This document shows positions 24,816 through 34,877 of a DNA stretch of 48,290 nucleotides, piece by piece. A model generated the notes under the pieces. It worked only from the letters and a program-made list of their open reading frames with translations. It was not told the DNA's origin and made no database searches. Position 1 is the stretch's first letter. Each line of letters begins with the position of its first letter. Made by a program: the position numbers and the translations under genes. Source of the stretch: Moraxellaceae bacterium. Lineage in GTDB: Bacteria; Pseudomonadota; Gammaproteobacteria; Pseudomonadales; Moraxellaceae. The stretch is taken from assembly GCA_030684415.1 (NCBI GenBank), contig JAUXNL010000009.1, forward strand, positions 1 through 48,290, read 5' to 3'.

Positions 24816-25769
24816 TCAATCCTTGAGAACGAGCGCCTCGCCGCCTTCGTCGCGAACCTGTTCGCCCAGCCGGAGCCCGAGCGCGCGGGCGTCGGCCAGT
24901 CCGTCGCCGGTCAGATCGGTCTCGGCCTGGCGTCGGAACCGGTGTTTGCCGTCGGGCGTCAGAGCCTCGACGATCAAGTTCAACCGGGCGCCGTCCAGCC
25001 GGGCGTAGGCGCCCATGGCCGTGCGGCAGGAGCCCTCGAGCGCCTCCAGCGCCCCGCGCTCGGCGGTGACGGTCAGGGTGGTGGCGGCGCAGCGCAGGGC
25101 CAGGGCCCAGGGGGCGTCCTGGTCCTCGACGCGGGTCTGGATGGCCAGCGAGCCCTGCCCCGGCGCGGGCGGCGCGGCGACGGGGTCGAGGAACCCGCGC
25201 GGCGTGGCGCCCAGGCCCATGCGGTTGAGGCCCGAGGCGGCCAGCAGGATGGCGTCGGCCTCTCCGGCCGCCAGCTTGGCCAGCCGGGTGTCGACGTTGC
25301 CGCGCATCATGACGACGTCCAGGTCCGGCCGCCGGAACAGGGCCTGGGCCTGGCGACGCAGCGAGGCGGTGCCCAGCCGCGCGCCCTGCGGCAGCGCGTC
25401 CAGCGAGTCGAAGGTTGAGCAGAAAGCGTCGCGCGGATCCTCGCGCTCGGGGATGGCGGCGATGGCCAGGCCGGCCGGCTGCTGCGACGGCACGTCCTTC
25501 ATCGAGTGGACGGCGACATCGATCCGCCCTTCGAGCAGGGCCTCCTCGATCTCCTTGGTGAACAGGGCCTTGCCGCCCACCTCCAGCAGGCGCCGGTCCT
25601 GGATCTGATCGCCAGAGGTGCGGATCACGATCAGGGGGGCGACCTTCTCGGCGTCCTCCGGCGCGGCGCCAAGGGCCGCAGCGATACGACGCTGCATCTG
25701 GCCGGCCTGAGCCAGGGAGAGCTGGGACCCTCGAGCCCCGATGCGGACGACGGGCGGTTGCGAAGACAC
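24816..25769 (-). CDS. hemC: Hydroxymethylbilane synthase (porphobilinogen deaminase)
   Basis: VRIGARGSQLSLAQA, ALLEGRIDVAVHSMKDVP and RGNVDTRL are conserved HemC motifs. Confidence 0.93.
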   Translation of the reverse strand: MSSQPPVVRIGARGSQLSLAQAGQMQRRIAAALGAAPEDAEKVAPLIVIRTSGDQIQDRRLLEVGGKALFTKEIEEALLEGRIDVAVHSMKDVPSQQPAGLAIAAIPEREDPRDAFCSTFDSLDALPQGARLGTASLRRQAQALFRRPDLDVVMMRGNVDTRLAKLAAGEADAILLAASGLNRMGLGATPRGFLDPVAAPPAPGQGSLAIQTRVEDQDAPWALALRCAATTLTVTAERGALEALEGSCRTAMGAYARLDGARLNLIVEALTPDGKHRFRRQAETDLTGDGLADARALGLRLGEQVRDEGGEALVLKD

Positions 25770-25841
25770 GGTGAGCGGTCTACCTGCGATGCGATGACTG
25801 ACAGCCCGCTGCTACAGGACAGGCGCCTTGGCCGCAACCAG

Positions 25842-26930
25842 ATGACCGGACTCACGGTCCTGGGCCTGGAGACCAGCTGCGACGAAACCGCCGCGGCGGT
25901 GGTGCGCCGGAGCGCCGATGGCGCGGTGCGCGTCCTGTCCTCGGTGGTCGCCAGCCAGATCGCCCAGCACGCCCCTTATGGCGGGGTGGTGCCCGAAATC
26001 GCCGCCCGCTCGCACGTGGAGGCCATCGACGCCATCGCCGCCCAGGCCATGGACGAGGCGGGCCTGTCCTATGAGGATCTGGACGGGGTGGCGGCCACCG
26101 CCGGGCCGGGCCTGGTGGGCGGGGTTATGGTGGGGCTGGCCTTCGGCAAGGCCGTGGCGCTGGCCCGCTCCCTGCCGCTGGTGGCGGTCAACCACCTGGA
26201 AGGCCATGCGGTCTCCGCCAGGCTGGGGGCCGAGGTGGCCTATCCCTTCCTGCTGCTGCTGGTGTCCGGCGGCCATTGCCAGCTGCTGGAGGTGGGCGGG
26301 GTGGGCGCCTGCCGCCGCCTGGGGACCACCATGGATGATGCGGCCGGTGAAGCCTTCGACAAGATCGCCAAGACGCTGGGCCTGCCCTATCCCGGGGGGC
26401 CGGCCCTGGAGAGGCTCGCCGTGGGCGGCGATCCCGAACGCTACCCCCTGCCCCGGGCGCGCCTGGGCCACAAGGACTGTGACTTCTCGTTTTCCGGTCT
26501 GAAGACCGCCGCGGCGCGGATCGCCGAGGGCCTGACCACGGAACCTGAGCGCCGGGACCTGGCCGCCGCGGTCCAGACCGCCATCGCCCGCCAGCTGCGC
26601 GAACGCACCGAGCGGGCCATGGACCTCTACGCGCAAGCCCACGAGGGCGAGGCTCTGCGCTTCGTGGTCGCCGGCGGGGTGGCCGCCAACGGGACCGTCC
26701 GTGCGGTGCTGGAAGACGCCGCCCGCGCGCGCGACTTTTCCTTCACCGCCCCGCCGCTGGCCTATTGCACCGACAATGCGGCGATGATCGCGCTGGCCGG
26801 CGCCGAGCGGCTGGCCCAGGGGATCAGCGATCCCCTGGACGCGCCGGCCCGGCCCCGCTGGCCGCTGGATGCGGCGGCCGCCGCGTCCCATCCAAGTCAC
26901 CTCGCCGGCCGAAAGGGCGCCAAGGCATGA
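25842..26930 (+). CDS. tsaD: tRNA N6-adenosine threonylcarbamoyltransferase
   Basis: [33 protein letters not shown] and GGVAAN motifs. ATG at 25842, divergent from hemC. Confidence 0.93.
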   Translation: MTGLTVLGLETSCDETAAAVVRRSADGAVRVLSSVVASQIAQHAPYGGVVPEIAARSHVEAIDAIAAQAMDEAGLSYEDLDGVAATAGPGLVGGVMVGLAFGKAVALARSLPLVAVNHLEGHAVSARLGAEVAYPFLLLLVSGGHCQLLEVGGVGACRRLGTTMDDAAGEAFDKIAKTLGLPYPGGPALERLAVGGDPERYPLPRARLGHKDCDFSFSGLKTAAARIAEGLTTEPERRDLAAAVQTAIARQLRERTERAMDLYAQAHEGEALRFVVAGGVAANGTVRAVLEDAARARDFSFTAPPLAYCTDNAAMIALAGAERLAQGISDPLDAPARPRWPLDAAAAASHPSHLAGRKGAKA

Positions 26931-27928
26931 GCCAGTCCATGAAACGCGCCGGGGTCATCGGCGCCGGCGCCTGGGGCACGGCCCTGGCCCAGGTCTGTGT
27001 CCGGGCGGGACTTGAGACGACCCTGTGGGCCCGGGAGCCGGAGGTGGTCGCCGCCATCGCAGAGACCGGTGAGAACAGTCTCTTCCTGCCGGGCGTCCCC
27101 CTCGATCCGGCCCTCGTTTGCACGGGCGACCTGGCGAGGCTTGCCGGCTGTGACCTGATCCTGATGGTCGCCCCGGCCCAGCACCTGCGGGCCGCGCTCA
27201 CCGCCTTCGCCCCCCACGCCCGGCCGGGCCTGCCGATCGTACTGTGCGCCAAGGGTGTGGAGCAGGGCTCGCTGAAGCTGATGACGGAGGTCCTGGCCGA
27301 GACCCTGCCGGACGCCGCTCCCGCCGTCCTGTCAGGCCCCAGCTTCGCCGGCGAGGTGGCCCGCGGCCTGCCCACCGCCGTAACCCTGGCCTGCCCTGAC
27401 GAGACGCTGGGCCGGGCGCTGTCCGAGGCCCTCGCCCTGCCGGCCTTCCGCCCCTACTACGCCCCGGACATGGTGGGCGCCGAGGTGGGCGGAGCGATCA
27501 AGAATGTCCTGGCCATCGCCTGCGGCATCGTCGAAGGCCGCGGCCTGGGCCGCTCGGCCCATGCGGCCCTGATCACCCGGGGCTTTGCGGAAATGACCCG
27601 GGTGGCCGTGGCCCTGGGGGGGCGGCCAGAAACCGTGGCCGGCCTTTGCGGCCTGGGCGACCTGGTCTTGACCTGCTCAAGCCCGCAGTCGCGCAATATG
27701 AGCGTCGGCCTGGCGCTGGGCGCGGGTCAGACCCTGGAGGCGGCCCTGGCGGGCAAGCTCTCGGTAGCCGAGGGCGTGGCCTCAGCGCCCGCCGTGCGCC
27801 AACTCGCCGCCAAGCTCGACGTCGAGACCCCAATCTGCGAGGCCGTGGCCGCCATCCTGGCCGGCGAGGTCGAGGTCGATGTCGCCATCGCCAATCTGCT
27901 TTCCCGCCCTCTCAAGGACGAGCGTTAA
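26927..27928 (+). CDS. gpsA: NAD(P)H-dependent glycerol-3-phosphate dehydrogenase
   Basis: [12 protein letters not shown] Rossmann motif, [15 protein letters not shown]. The ATG overlaps the tsaD stop (ATGA at 26927-26930). Confidence 0.92.
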   Translation: MSQSMKRAGVIGAGAWGTALAQVCVRAGLETTLWAREPEVVAAIAETGENSLFLPGVPLDPALVCTGDLARLAGCDLILMVAPAQHLRAALTAFAPHARPGLPIVLCAKGVEQGSLKLMTEVLAETLPDAAPAVLSGPSFAGEVARGLPTAVTLACPDETLGRALSEALALPAFRPYYAPDMVGAEVGGAIKNVLAIACGIVEGRGLGRSAHAALITRGFAEMTRVAVALGGRPETVAGLCGLGDLVLTCSSPQSRNMSVGLALGAGQTLEAALAGKLSVAEGVASAPAVRQLAAKLDVETPICEAVAAILAGEVEVDVAIANLLSRPLKDER

Positions 27929-27937
27929 GGACCTGCA

Positions 27938-28225
27938 ATGACCATTTTCGTGCTGATGTGCTTCGACAAGAAGAATGCGCTCGCCGAGCGCATGGCCGTG
28001 CGCGAGGCCCACCTGGCCTATATCGGCCAGCATCTGGACCGCGTGAAGCTGGCCGGCCCGCTGCTGGACGAGGCCGGGGAGATGGCCGGATCGCTGATCC
28101 TCTATGAGGCCGAGACCCTGGCCGAGGTTCAGGCTTTCAACGCGGCCGATCCCTACAAGTCCGCCGGCGTCTTCGAGCGGGTGGAGATCTCGGCCATGAA
28201 GATCACCCGCGGGGCCTTGGCTTGA
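27938..28225 (+). CDS. YciI family protein
   Basis: 95 aa, MTIFVLMCFDK...REAHLAYI...AGPLLDE...ADPY, typical YciI pattern. Confidence 0.8.
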   Translation: MTIFVLMCFDKKNALAERMAVREAHLAYIGQHLDRVKLAGPLLDEAGEMAGSLILYEAETLAEVQAFNAADPYKSAGVFERVEISAMKITRGALA

Positions 28226-28578
28226 GCGGCAATCCCGCCCGTCCGCCCGCCGGAACCGATCTCTGCGCGGTTGAAGAGATCACCGAACCCGGCGCCAAGA
28301 GCTTCCGCTTTCGCGCCGAGGCGGCCATGTTCGCCGGCGTCGTGGTCCGCGTGGGCGAAGAGATCCGCGGCTATGTGGATTCCTGCCCCCACGCCGGCTG
28401 GCCGCTCTCGGCCCTGGACGACCGCTACCTGACGCGGGATCACCGCCACATCCTCTGCGCGGGCCACGGCGCCCTGTTCGCCCCGCTCACCGGCGAATGC
28501 GTCGTCGGCCCCTGCTTCGGCGAACGCCTCTCGCCGTGGCCGGTGGAGCTCCGCGACGGCCGGGTGGTGACGGCGTGA
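28222..28578 (+). CDS. Rieske (2Fe-2S) domain protein
   Basis: CPHAGWPL ... CAGHGALF gives the CxH...CxxH Rieske ligands. TTG start overlaps the upstream stop. Confidence 0.8.
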   Translation: MSGNPARPPAGTDLCAVEEITEPGAKSFRFRAEAAMFAGVVVRVGEEIRGYVDSCPHAGWPLSALDDRYLTRDHRHILCAGHGALFAPLTGECVVGPCFGERLSPWPVELRDGRVVTA

Positions 28579-28583
28579 CGAAG

Positions 28584-29306
28584 ATGGCCGCAGCCCAGAC
28601 GCCGGTCTTCTGGGAGGATGTGGACGGCGCCCTGGCTTATGCGCGGGACGTGATCGGCGAGGCCGACGATGCGGGCGCGGCGCTGCTCTGTTTTCCGGAA
28701 GCGTTTCTGCAGGGCTATCTGGTGGTGCCGGAGGCGGCGCAGCAGGCGGCCCTGGACCTTGGCTCGTCGGCCTTCGCCGATGTGGTCGGCCAACTGCCGG
28801 AAGCCGGTCCGCTGCTCGTCCTGGGCCTGATCGAAGCCGAGGGCGAGCGGCTCTACAATACAGCGGTGGTGATCAAGGGCCGTCGGCTGATCGGCCGCTA
28901 TCGCAAGACCCACCTTCTGAAAAGCGAGACGGTGTTTACGCCCGGCGAGGACTGCCCGGTGTTCGAGGCCGGCGGTCTGCGTTTCGGGATCAACATCTGC
29001 TTCGACACCAACTTCCCCGAGGCTGCGCGCAAAGTGGCCGACCAGGGCGCAACCCTCCTGGTCTGCCCCGCCAACAACATGCTGCCGCGATCCATCGCCC
29101 TGGACTGGAAAGACCGCCACAATCCCGTGCGGGGCGACCGCTGCCGCGAGACCGGGCTGTGGTGCCTTTCGGCTGACGTCACCGGCGCGGGGGGCGACCG
29201 AGTGGCCTGGGGGCCGACCGCCCTGCTTGACCCAGCGGGCGAGGTCGTTGCGCAACTGCCACTTGATCGTCCAGGCCTATTGGTGGTCGACGCCCCAGGA
29301 TTCTGA
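28584..29306 (+). CDS. Carbon-nitrogen hydrolase (nitrilase superfamily) protein
   Basis: LLCFPEAF (Glu), YRKTHL (Lys) and INICFD (Cys) form the catalytic triad context. An alternative GTG lies at 28575. Confidence 0.85.
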   Translation: MAAAQTPVFWEDVDGALAYARDVIGEADDAGAALLCFPEAFLQGYLVVPEAAQQAALDLGSSAFADVVGQLPEAGPLLVLGLIEAEGERLYNTAVVIKGRRLIGRYRKTHLLKSETVFTPGEDCPVFEAGGLRFGINICFDTNFPEAARKVADQGATLLVCPANNMLPRSIALDWKDRHNPVRGDRCRETGLWCLSADVTGAGGDRVAWGPTALLDPAGEVVAQLPLDRPGLLVVDAPGF

Positions 29307-29329
29307 CCTGAAGCGCCGACAGGGGCCCC

Positions 29330-29755
29330 CTACCCCTCACCCGCCAGCTTGTCGGCCACCCGGCCGTACACGGCTTCGGCCTCCGGGGTCATGATCTCGG
29401 CGAAATCGGACATCTCGTAGAAGGGCCGGATCTCGATCTCGCTGGGGCCGGGCATGGGGTTGGGGCAGCGCTTCACCCAGGCCACGGCCTCGTCCATGTC
29501 CTTGACCTCCCAGAGCCAGTAGCCAGCCACCACCTCCTTGGTCTCGGCGAAGGGGCCGTCGATCACCGTGCGGCTGTCCCCATCGAAAGCCACGCGCTTG
29601 CCGTGCGAGGTGGGCTTGAGGCCGTCGCCCCCCTTCATGATCCCGGCCTCCACCAGGAGCTCATTGTAGCGGCCCATGGCCTCCATCAGGTCGCTGCCGG
29701 GCATGATCCCGGCCTCGCTGTCAGCCGTCGCCTTGACGAACACCATCACCCGCAT
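29330..29755 (-). CDS. YciI-like / DGPF-domain protein
   Basis: MRVMVFVKATADSE...IDGPFAETKE...GYWLWEV pattern. Confidence 0.8.
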   Translation of the reverse strand: MRVMVFVKATADSEAGIMPGSDLMEAMGRYNELLVEAGIMKGGDGLKPTSHGKRVAFDGDSRTVIDGPFAETKEVVAGYWLWEVKDMDEAVAWVKRCPNPMPGPSEIEIRPFYEMSDFAEIMTPEAEAVYGRVADKLAGEG

Positions 29756-29999
29756 CGCGCGTCTCCCTCAACTGGCCGCCATGGCCGATCCATGACCCGA
29801 GGACGATGGGAGGCGACCAACGCCGACAGGACAGCGAGAAAACAGCGGCGCGCCGTTTCACCGCACGAGCCCGCGACCCTTCCTTAACGGCTTGGGGCTA
29901 TGCCAGCAGGAGACCTTCGATGGAGCTTTCGTCTTGGCTGATCCGATCCGCGCGCTCGCCACCCTGAACGGCCGCTTTGCGCCGCAGTTCGCCCAGACC

Positions 30000-30650
30000 A
30001 TGCTGGGCAAGCCCCGGTCCAGCCAGGATGCGGCCGCCTTCGGCGCCCACTGCCAGACCATGGAGTTTGAGTTCACCACCGAGTGGGCCGACAACAACAT
30101 CCCCTATGTGGCCCCCCTGCTGCGGGACTTCGCCGCCACCCGGGGCCAGATCCGCTATCTGGAGATCGGCGCCTATGAGGGGCGCAACCTGGCCTTCATG
30201 GACTGGCTGCTGCCGGCCAAGCTGGACGTCACGGTCATCGACCCCTGGTTCAATGAGGCCCTGAACCCGGAAGAAAAATACCATGCGGTCGAGCCCCGGT
30301 TTCACCGCAACGTGGCCAAGCTCGGCTTCACCGGCCTGACCACCCACAAGGGGTTCTCCACCTATGAGCTGCCCAAGATGCTGGAGCGCGGCGAGCGCTA
30401 CGACCTGATCTATGTGGACGGCAGCCACACCGCCTGGGCGGTGATGGTGGACCTGGCCTATTGCGCGGCCCTGCTGGAGGTCGGCGGCATGATGGTGCTG
30501 GACGACTACTGGCACGACGAGAGCGAGATCGGCGGCCCGGGGGTCAAGCAGGCGGTTGATCGCTTCCACGGAATCTTCCGCCACTATTTCGAGATCAGCG
30601 CGGTCTACCGTCAGGTGGCCCTAACCAAGACCGCCGAAATCCCCCGCTAG
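30000..30650 (+). CDS. Class I SAM-dependent methyltransferase (Methyltransf_24-like)
   Basis: YLEIGAYEGRN (motif I-like) and DLIYVDGSH. Start uncertain: TTG 29892, ATG 30000 or ATG 30060. Confidence 0.7.
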   Translation: MLGKPRSSQDAAAFGAHCQTMEFEFTTEWADNNIPYVAPLLRDFAATRGQIRYLEIGAYEGRNLAFMDWLLPAKLDVTVIDPWFNEALNPEEKYHAVEPRFHRNVAKLGFTGLTTHKGFSTYELPKMLERGERYDLIYVDGSHTAWAVMVDLAYCAALLEVGGMMVLDDYWHDESEIGGPGVKQAVDRFHGIFRHYFEISAVYRQVALTKTAEIPR

Positions 30651-30828
30651 TCCCGATCCTGCCCCGGCGCCGCGCGGCGCCTGTTTTGCCAGCTAGAGGC
30701 GCCTGCATCGCTGCGCGCGCCCCAGACTGGGCCATTTCTGGAAAACGTCGTTCCGAATCCGCTGGAAATCGGACGCCGCCAGGCCTATGGGATGCGACGA
30801 CGGGGGTGGGCGCGTCAGGGAGCTGAGC

Positions 30829-32022
30829 GTGCTGAAGTTTCGTCGGTTTTTCGACACCGAACATCGTCATCACCATCTGGCGGGGCTGCAGGTCTTCCTG
30901 GTCGCCCTGCTGGCGGGCGGCCTGGCCGTGGCCGCGCCCTATATGGGCGGCGAGCGCACCGAACTTCGCCTGGCCCGCCTGACTGACGGCCAGATCGACG
31001 CCGCGGCCCTGGAGCGTCTGGCCGGCGCCATGGATCCCGCCATGCGCAGCCTGGCCGACCGCTTCGCCCCCCACGAGATCACGCCCGCCTTCGCCCGGGT
31101 CGACCGGGAAACCGGCGTCATGAACGCCCTGGACGGCGGCGCGCCCGAACCGGCCATCCTGCGCCTGCAGGACATGGACGAGGGGCAGGCCCGGATCTGG
31201 AACGCGTCCAATCCCACCTCGACCCTGCCCAATCCCGCAGCAAGGCCGTTCCGGATTTCCGGCGGCTCGCTGCACCAGGCCCGCGCGCTGGATTGCCTGG
31301 CCGCGACCATCTATTACGAGGCCCGCTATGAGAGCCTGGAGGGCCAGCGGGCCGTGGCCCAGGTGGTGCTGAACCGGGTCCGCCACCCGGCCTATCCCAA
31401 TTCCGTCTGCGGTGTGGTCTTCCAGGGGTCCAACCGCACCACCGGCTGCCAGTTCACCTTCACCTGCGACGGCGCCCTGGCCCGCCCGCCCGAGGCCCAG
31501 GGCTGGGCCCGCTCGCGCCAGATCGCCGAGGCGGCCCTGTCGGGCTATGTGATGAAGACCGTCGGCAACGCCACCCACTATCACGCCAACTATGTGGCCC
31601 CCTACTGGAGCCCCAGCCTGATGAAGGTGGCCACCGTCGGCGCCCACATCTTCTATCGCTGGATGGGCGGCTGGGGCCTGCCCGGCGCCTTTGGCGGAGC
31701 CTATGGGGGTGACGAGTCCGTGGGCTTTCAGGTTGCGGCCCTCAATCGCCTCTCAGGTCCTGGCCTGGTGGAGTTGGTCACCCTGGCCGACGACATGGAG
31801 CCCCTGGCGCCCACCCGCATCGGCGGCCCCGGGGCGGGCCACGCCTCGTCTGACGTCCAGGTGGTCGAGATCGCCGCCATCGAACACGAGATGGTGGCCG
31901 AGCCGAGCATGATCGTGACCCAGGCTGAGGGCCTGGTTCCGGCCGAAGACCTGGACTGGGTCGGCCGGGTCAAGCCCCGGGCCCCGCCTCGGCTGGCCAT
32001 CCCCTCAGGCGGCGCCTTCTAG
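30829..32022 (+). CDS. Cell wall hydrolase, SleB-domain (Hydrolase_2) protein with N-terminal membrane anchor
   Basis: LDCLAATIYYEARYESLEGQRAVAQVVLNRVRHPAYPNSVCGVVFQ...CQFTFTCDG is the SleB domain signature. GTG at 30829 follows GGGAG; an alternative ATG lies at 30787. Confidence 0.8.
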   Translation: MLKFRRFFDTEHRHHHLAGLQVFLVALLAGGLAVAAPYMGGERTELRLARLTDGQIDAAALERLAGAMDPAMRSLADRFAPHEITPAFARVDRETGVMNALDGGAPEPAILRLQDMDEGQARIWNASNPTSTLPNPAARPFRISGGSLHQARALDCLAATIYYEARYESLEGQRAVAQVVLNRVRHPAYPNSVCGVVFQGSNRTTGCQFTFTCDGALARPPEAQGWARSRQIAEAALSGYVMKTVGNATHYHANYVAPYWSPSLMKVATVGAHIFYRWMGGWGLPGAFGGAYGGDESVGFQVAALNRLSGPGLVELVTLADDMEPLAPTRIGGPGAGHASSDVQVVEIAAIEHEMVAEPSMIVTQAEGLVPAEDLDWVGRVKPRAPPRLAIPSGGAF

Positions 32023-32034
32023 AACCCGCGCTCC

Positions 32035-32775
32035 CTATGGGGCCGGAGTCGCCTCGGCGGCGAAGGCGGCCACATCTTCCAGCAGGCCGTCGGCGGCCAT
32101 TCGCACCAGTTCGCCACCCTTTTCGGGACTGGCCTGGGCCGGATCAGACCCCATGCGGCCATCAGGATAGCGGGCGCGGAAGTCCAGGGCCTCACGGATC
32201 GGTCCGGTCGGCGCGATCTTCGGCGTATAGTCGGCGGTCTTGATGGAATCCGGATAGGCCCACTGGGTCACCGCGATCTCCGAGGGCGTCGCATGGCTGC
32301 CGTGGCCGGTGGGGAACTGGCTATTGGCCAGGCCCAGCACGCCCTTCAGCTCCCACCAGTTCTTCAGCTTGCAGGAAAAGCCCCGGGGCTTTCCGGCGAA
32401 GCTCGCCTCGGCATAGAGCTCGGAGAAAGCCGCCTCGATGGTGGCCACATTTCCCCCGTGGCCATTAAGGAAATAGAGCTTTTCAAAGCCGTGGGCCGAT
32501 AGCGAGCGGCACCAGTCGCCTATCGCGGCGATGAAGGTCGAGGGCCGCAGGGAGATGGTGCCCGGGAAGCCCAGATGATGCTGGGCCATGCCGATATTGA
32601 AGGTGGGCGCCACCAGGATGTCGCCGCTCTTCTGCGCCTCATGGGCGATGATCTCCGGGCACAGCCAGTCGGTGCCCAGGAGGCCGGTGGGGCCATGCTG
32701 CTCATTGGACCCGATGGGGATGACCACCGTCTTCGAGCGGCTGAGGAAGCCTTCGACCTCGGACCAGGTGGACAT
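32035..32775 (-). CDS. Creatininase family amidohydrolase
   Basis: VVIPIGSNEQHGP...GTD and LNGHGGN motifs. Confidence 0.85.
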   Translation of the reverse strand: MSTWSEVEGFLSRSKTVVIPIGSNEQHGPTGLLGTDWLCPEIIAHEAQKSGDILVAPTFNIGMAQHHLGFPGTISLRPSTFIAAIGDWCRSLSAHGFEKLYFLNGHGGNVATIEAAFSELYAEASFAGKPRGFSCKLKNWWELKGVLGLANSQFPTGHGSHATPSEIAVTQWAYPDSIKTADYTPKIAPTGPIREALDFRARYPDGRMGSDPAQASPEKGGELVRMAADGLLEDVAAFAAEATPAP

Positions 32776-32865
32776 GTGCAGCAGCATGACGGGGTCTCCG
32801 GATCGTGGGGTCAGAGACCCGACATAGGCCCTCGCGCCCGGTGAGGTAAGCCCCCGGCGCGCGCC

Positions 32866-33642
32866 TCAGATGCCGGCGTACCATTCGTAGCCGCGATCTT
32901 CCCAGAAACCGCCCTGGCCGCCGGCGATGTGGGCGAAACTCTCCACCGCCTCGATCCGCATCACATACTTCGCGTGCTTGTAGCCCAGCTGCCGCTCGAC
33001 CCGCAGGCGAAGGGGCGCCCCGTGCTTCACCGGCAGGGTCTCGCCATTCATCTCGTAGGCCAGGATGGTCTGCTCATGGAAGGCGTCGACCAGGTCGATG
33101 CTCTCGTAATAGAGCCCCCGATCACCCGCGGCGAAGGCGTCCAGCCGGTCGGCGCAATGGAAGACGATGTAGCGGGCCTGGGGCTTCAGGCCGGCCTCCT
33201 CCAGCAGGGCCGACAGGCGTGCGCCAGTCCATTGGCCGATGCTGCTCCAGCCCTCGACGCAGTCGTGGCGGGTGATCTGGGTTCGCGCCGGGCGCGACCG
33301 CAGGTCGTCCAGGCTCAGGGACAGAGGCCGCTCCACCAGGCCTTCGACCTGCAGCCGCCAGTCTGCAAAGCTGTTGGCGAGCAGGTCCTGATAGGCCTGG
33401 CCGGCCGGTCGCAGGCTGCCATTGGCCCGGAAGTCCGGAGAGATGTCGGCGGGCGTGAACTCCCGGGCGAGGGCCGCCGGCGACAGGATCAGCCGTTGGG
33501 CGGCCATGGTCAGGCCCTCGGCCCGGGCCAGGGTGGCGCGGACCCCGCGGTTGCGGCTGACCTGGTCGCATCCGGCCAGGGTGAGGGAGAGCAGGGCCGA
33601 GCCGGCGCCGGTCAGCAGGCCGCGGCGGGGGATGGAGGTCAT
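32866..33642 (-). CDS. Molybdopterin-dependent oxidoreductase (YedY/MsrP-like), Tat-exported
   Basis: Tat-like N-terminus SIPRRGLLTGAGSALL. HDCVEGWS and GAPLRLRVERQLGYKHAKY are typical of the sulfite-oxidase-fold family. Confidence 0.8.
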   Translation of the reverse strand: MTSIPRRGLLTGAGSALLSLTLAGCDQVSRNRGVRATLARAEGLTMAAQRLILSPAALAREFTPADISPDFRANGSLRPAGQAYQDLLANSFADWRLQVEGLVERPLSLSLDDLRSRPARTQITRHDCVEGWSSIGQWTGARLSALLEEAGLKPQARYIVFHCADRLDAFAAGDRGLYYESIDLVDAFHEQTILAYEMNGETLPVKHGAPLRLRVERQLGYKHAKYVMRIEAVESFAHIAGGQGGFWEDRGYEWYAGI

Positions 33643-34454
33643 GAGGGCGTTCCCGGCGGGCGTGGCGGCGCGGCGCCGCCGGTGATCATGGCCCGCAGCT
33701 GGCCGATCGGACCGGAGGCGAGGACCATGGCGATATGGACCAGCACGAAGGCCGTCAGGGCCAGGGCGCTGAGGAAGTGGATTGTCCGGGCCGACTGCCG
33801 GCCGCCGAACAGCTCGAAGGTCCAGGGCCAGGCGACGTTGACGCCGGGCGACATGCCCAGGCCGCTCAGCACCATCAACGGCAGGAGCCCGAAGACCACC
33901 GCCAGATAGGTGAGCTTTTGCAAGGCGTTGTACCGGCCGTGATGGAAGCGCAGGCGGGCGTGATCCTTGATTTCGCCCCAGAGGTTGCGCGGCTTAAGCT
34001 CAGCGCTCCGCGGAAACAGATTGCGGCTGAAATGTCCGCTCGCCAGGCCCCAGGCGAGATAGGCGAGGCCATTTATCACGAAGAGCCAGGCGAAGAAGAA
34101 GTGCCAGCGCCGGCCCTCGGCCAGGGAGCGGTAGCCGGGCAGGGTCGTCCAGGCGGGAAACCCCCGTCGCTCGCCGTTCGACAGGCCAAGCACTCCGGTG
34201 GTCTCCACCTTGAGGGCGCCCACCTGGGTGAAGCCCGCCAGACCCGGCCCCTTCCGTTCAGCGGTCATGGCCACCCAGGGTTCGGCGAAGGTCGAAGCGT
34301 GGCCCCAGTAGAGGGCCGGATGGGCGTTGAAGATCTGCAGGCCGCTACCCAGCAGGACCAGCAGCGCCAGCACATTGATCCAGTGGGTCAGCCGCACCGG
34401 CAGCCTGTGGCGCGCCGCCGGGGCCTTGGCGTCGTTGTTCTGCGTCTCATCCAT
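33639..34454 (-). CDS. Cytochrome b (b561 / Ni-Fe hydrogenase b-type) membrane subunit
   Basis: Start MDETQ at 34454. RLTHWINVLALLVLLGSGLQIF plus further His-containing TM helices. The stop overlaps the oxidoreductase start (ATGA). Confidence 0.75.
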   Translation of the reverse strand: MDETQNNDAKAPAARHRLPVRLTHWINVLALLVLLGSGLQIFNAHPALYWGHASTFAEPWVAMTAERKGPGLAGFTQVGALKVETTGVLGLSNGERRGFPAWTTLPGYRSLAEGRRWHFFFAWLFVINGLAYLAWGLASGHFSRNLFPRSAELKPRNLWGEIKDHARLRFHHGRYNALQKLTYLAVVFGLLPLMVLSGLGMSPGVNVAWPWTFELFGGRQSARTIHFLSALALTAFVLVHIAMVLASGPIGQLRAMITGGAAPPRPPGTPS

Positions 34455-34585
34455 GGGACCGCTTTCGACCGGGTTCGATGATCTTACGCTGGTTTTGACC
34501 GCACAGTTGCGGCGGCGCCGTAGGAACGCAGGATACGGCCCAGACGCTGTCCTAGTCGCAACCCCCATTGCAAAGGGAAATCGAC

Positions 34586-34753
34586 ATGACCGAAACAGAC
34601 ACCAAGCGTCACACACCGGTGGAAAACCCACCGCCGGAGGCCCCAGTTCGCAGTCAGGACGAACAGGTTGAGCGGACGGGCCGGGCGCCGGCTGTGACCG
34701 GCGAGGCCGAAGGCCTGCCCAAGGATGGCGACGGCTCCAAGCCTGAGTCCTAG
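34586..34753 (+). CDS. Possible small acidic hypothetical protein
   Basis: ATG at 34586 is 7 nt after AAGGGA. 55 aa, low complexity (MTETDTKRHTPVENPPPEAP...). Confidence 0.35.
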   Translation: MTETDTKRHTPVENPPPEAPVRSQDEQVERTGRAPAVTGEAEGLPKDGDGSKPES

Positions 34754-34877
34754 TTTGCACGCCTGTGGGAGCGCCGGGGTCTTTCAGGCCCGGGCGCCCG
34801 GGCCGTTGGCGTCAAGGACCGGGCGCCCCTAAGGTTCGTCCGACGCCCGGGCGGGCGAAGATGCGTTGGGGGGCCTG

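Noticed and set aside
25812-26900. 362-aa minus-strand ORF across tsaD
   Set aside because: It is antisense to a gene with unambiguous TsaD motifs, and its translation is low complexity.
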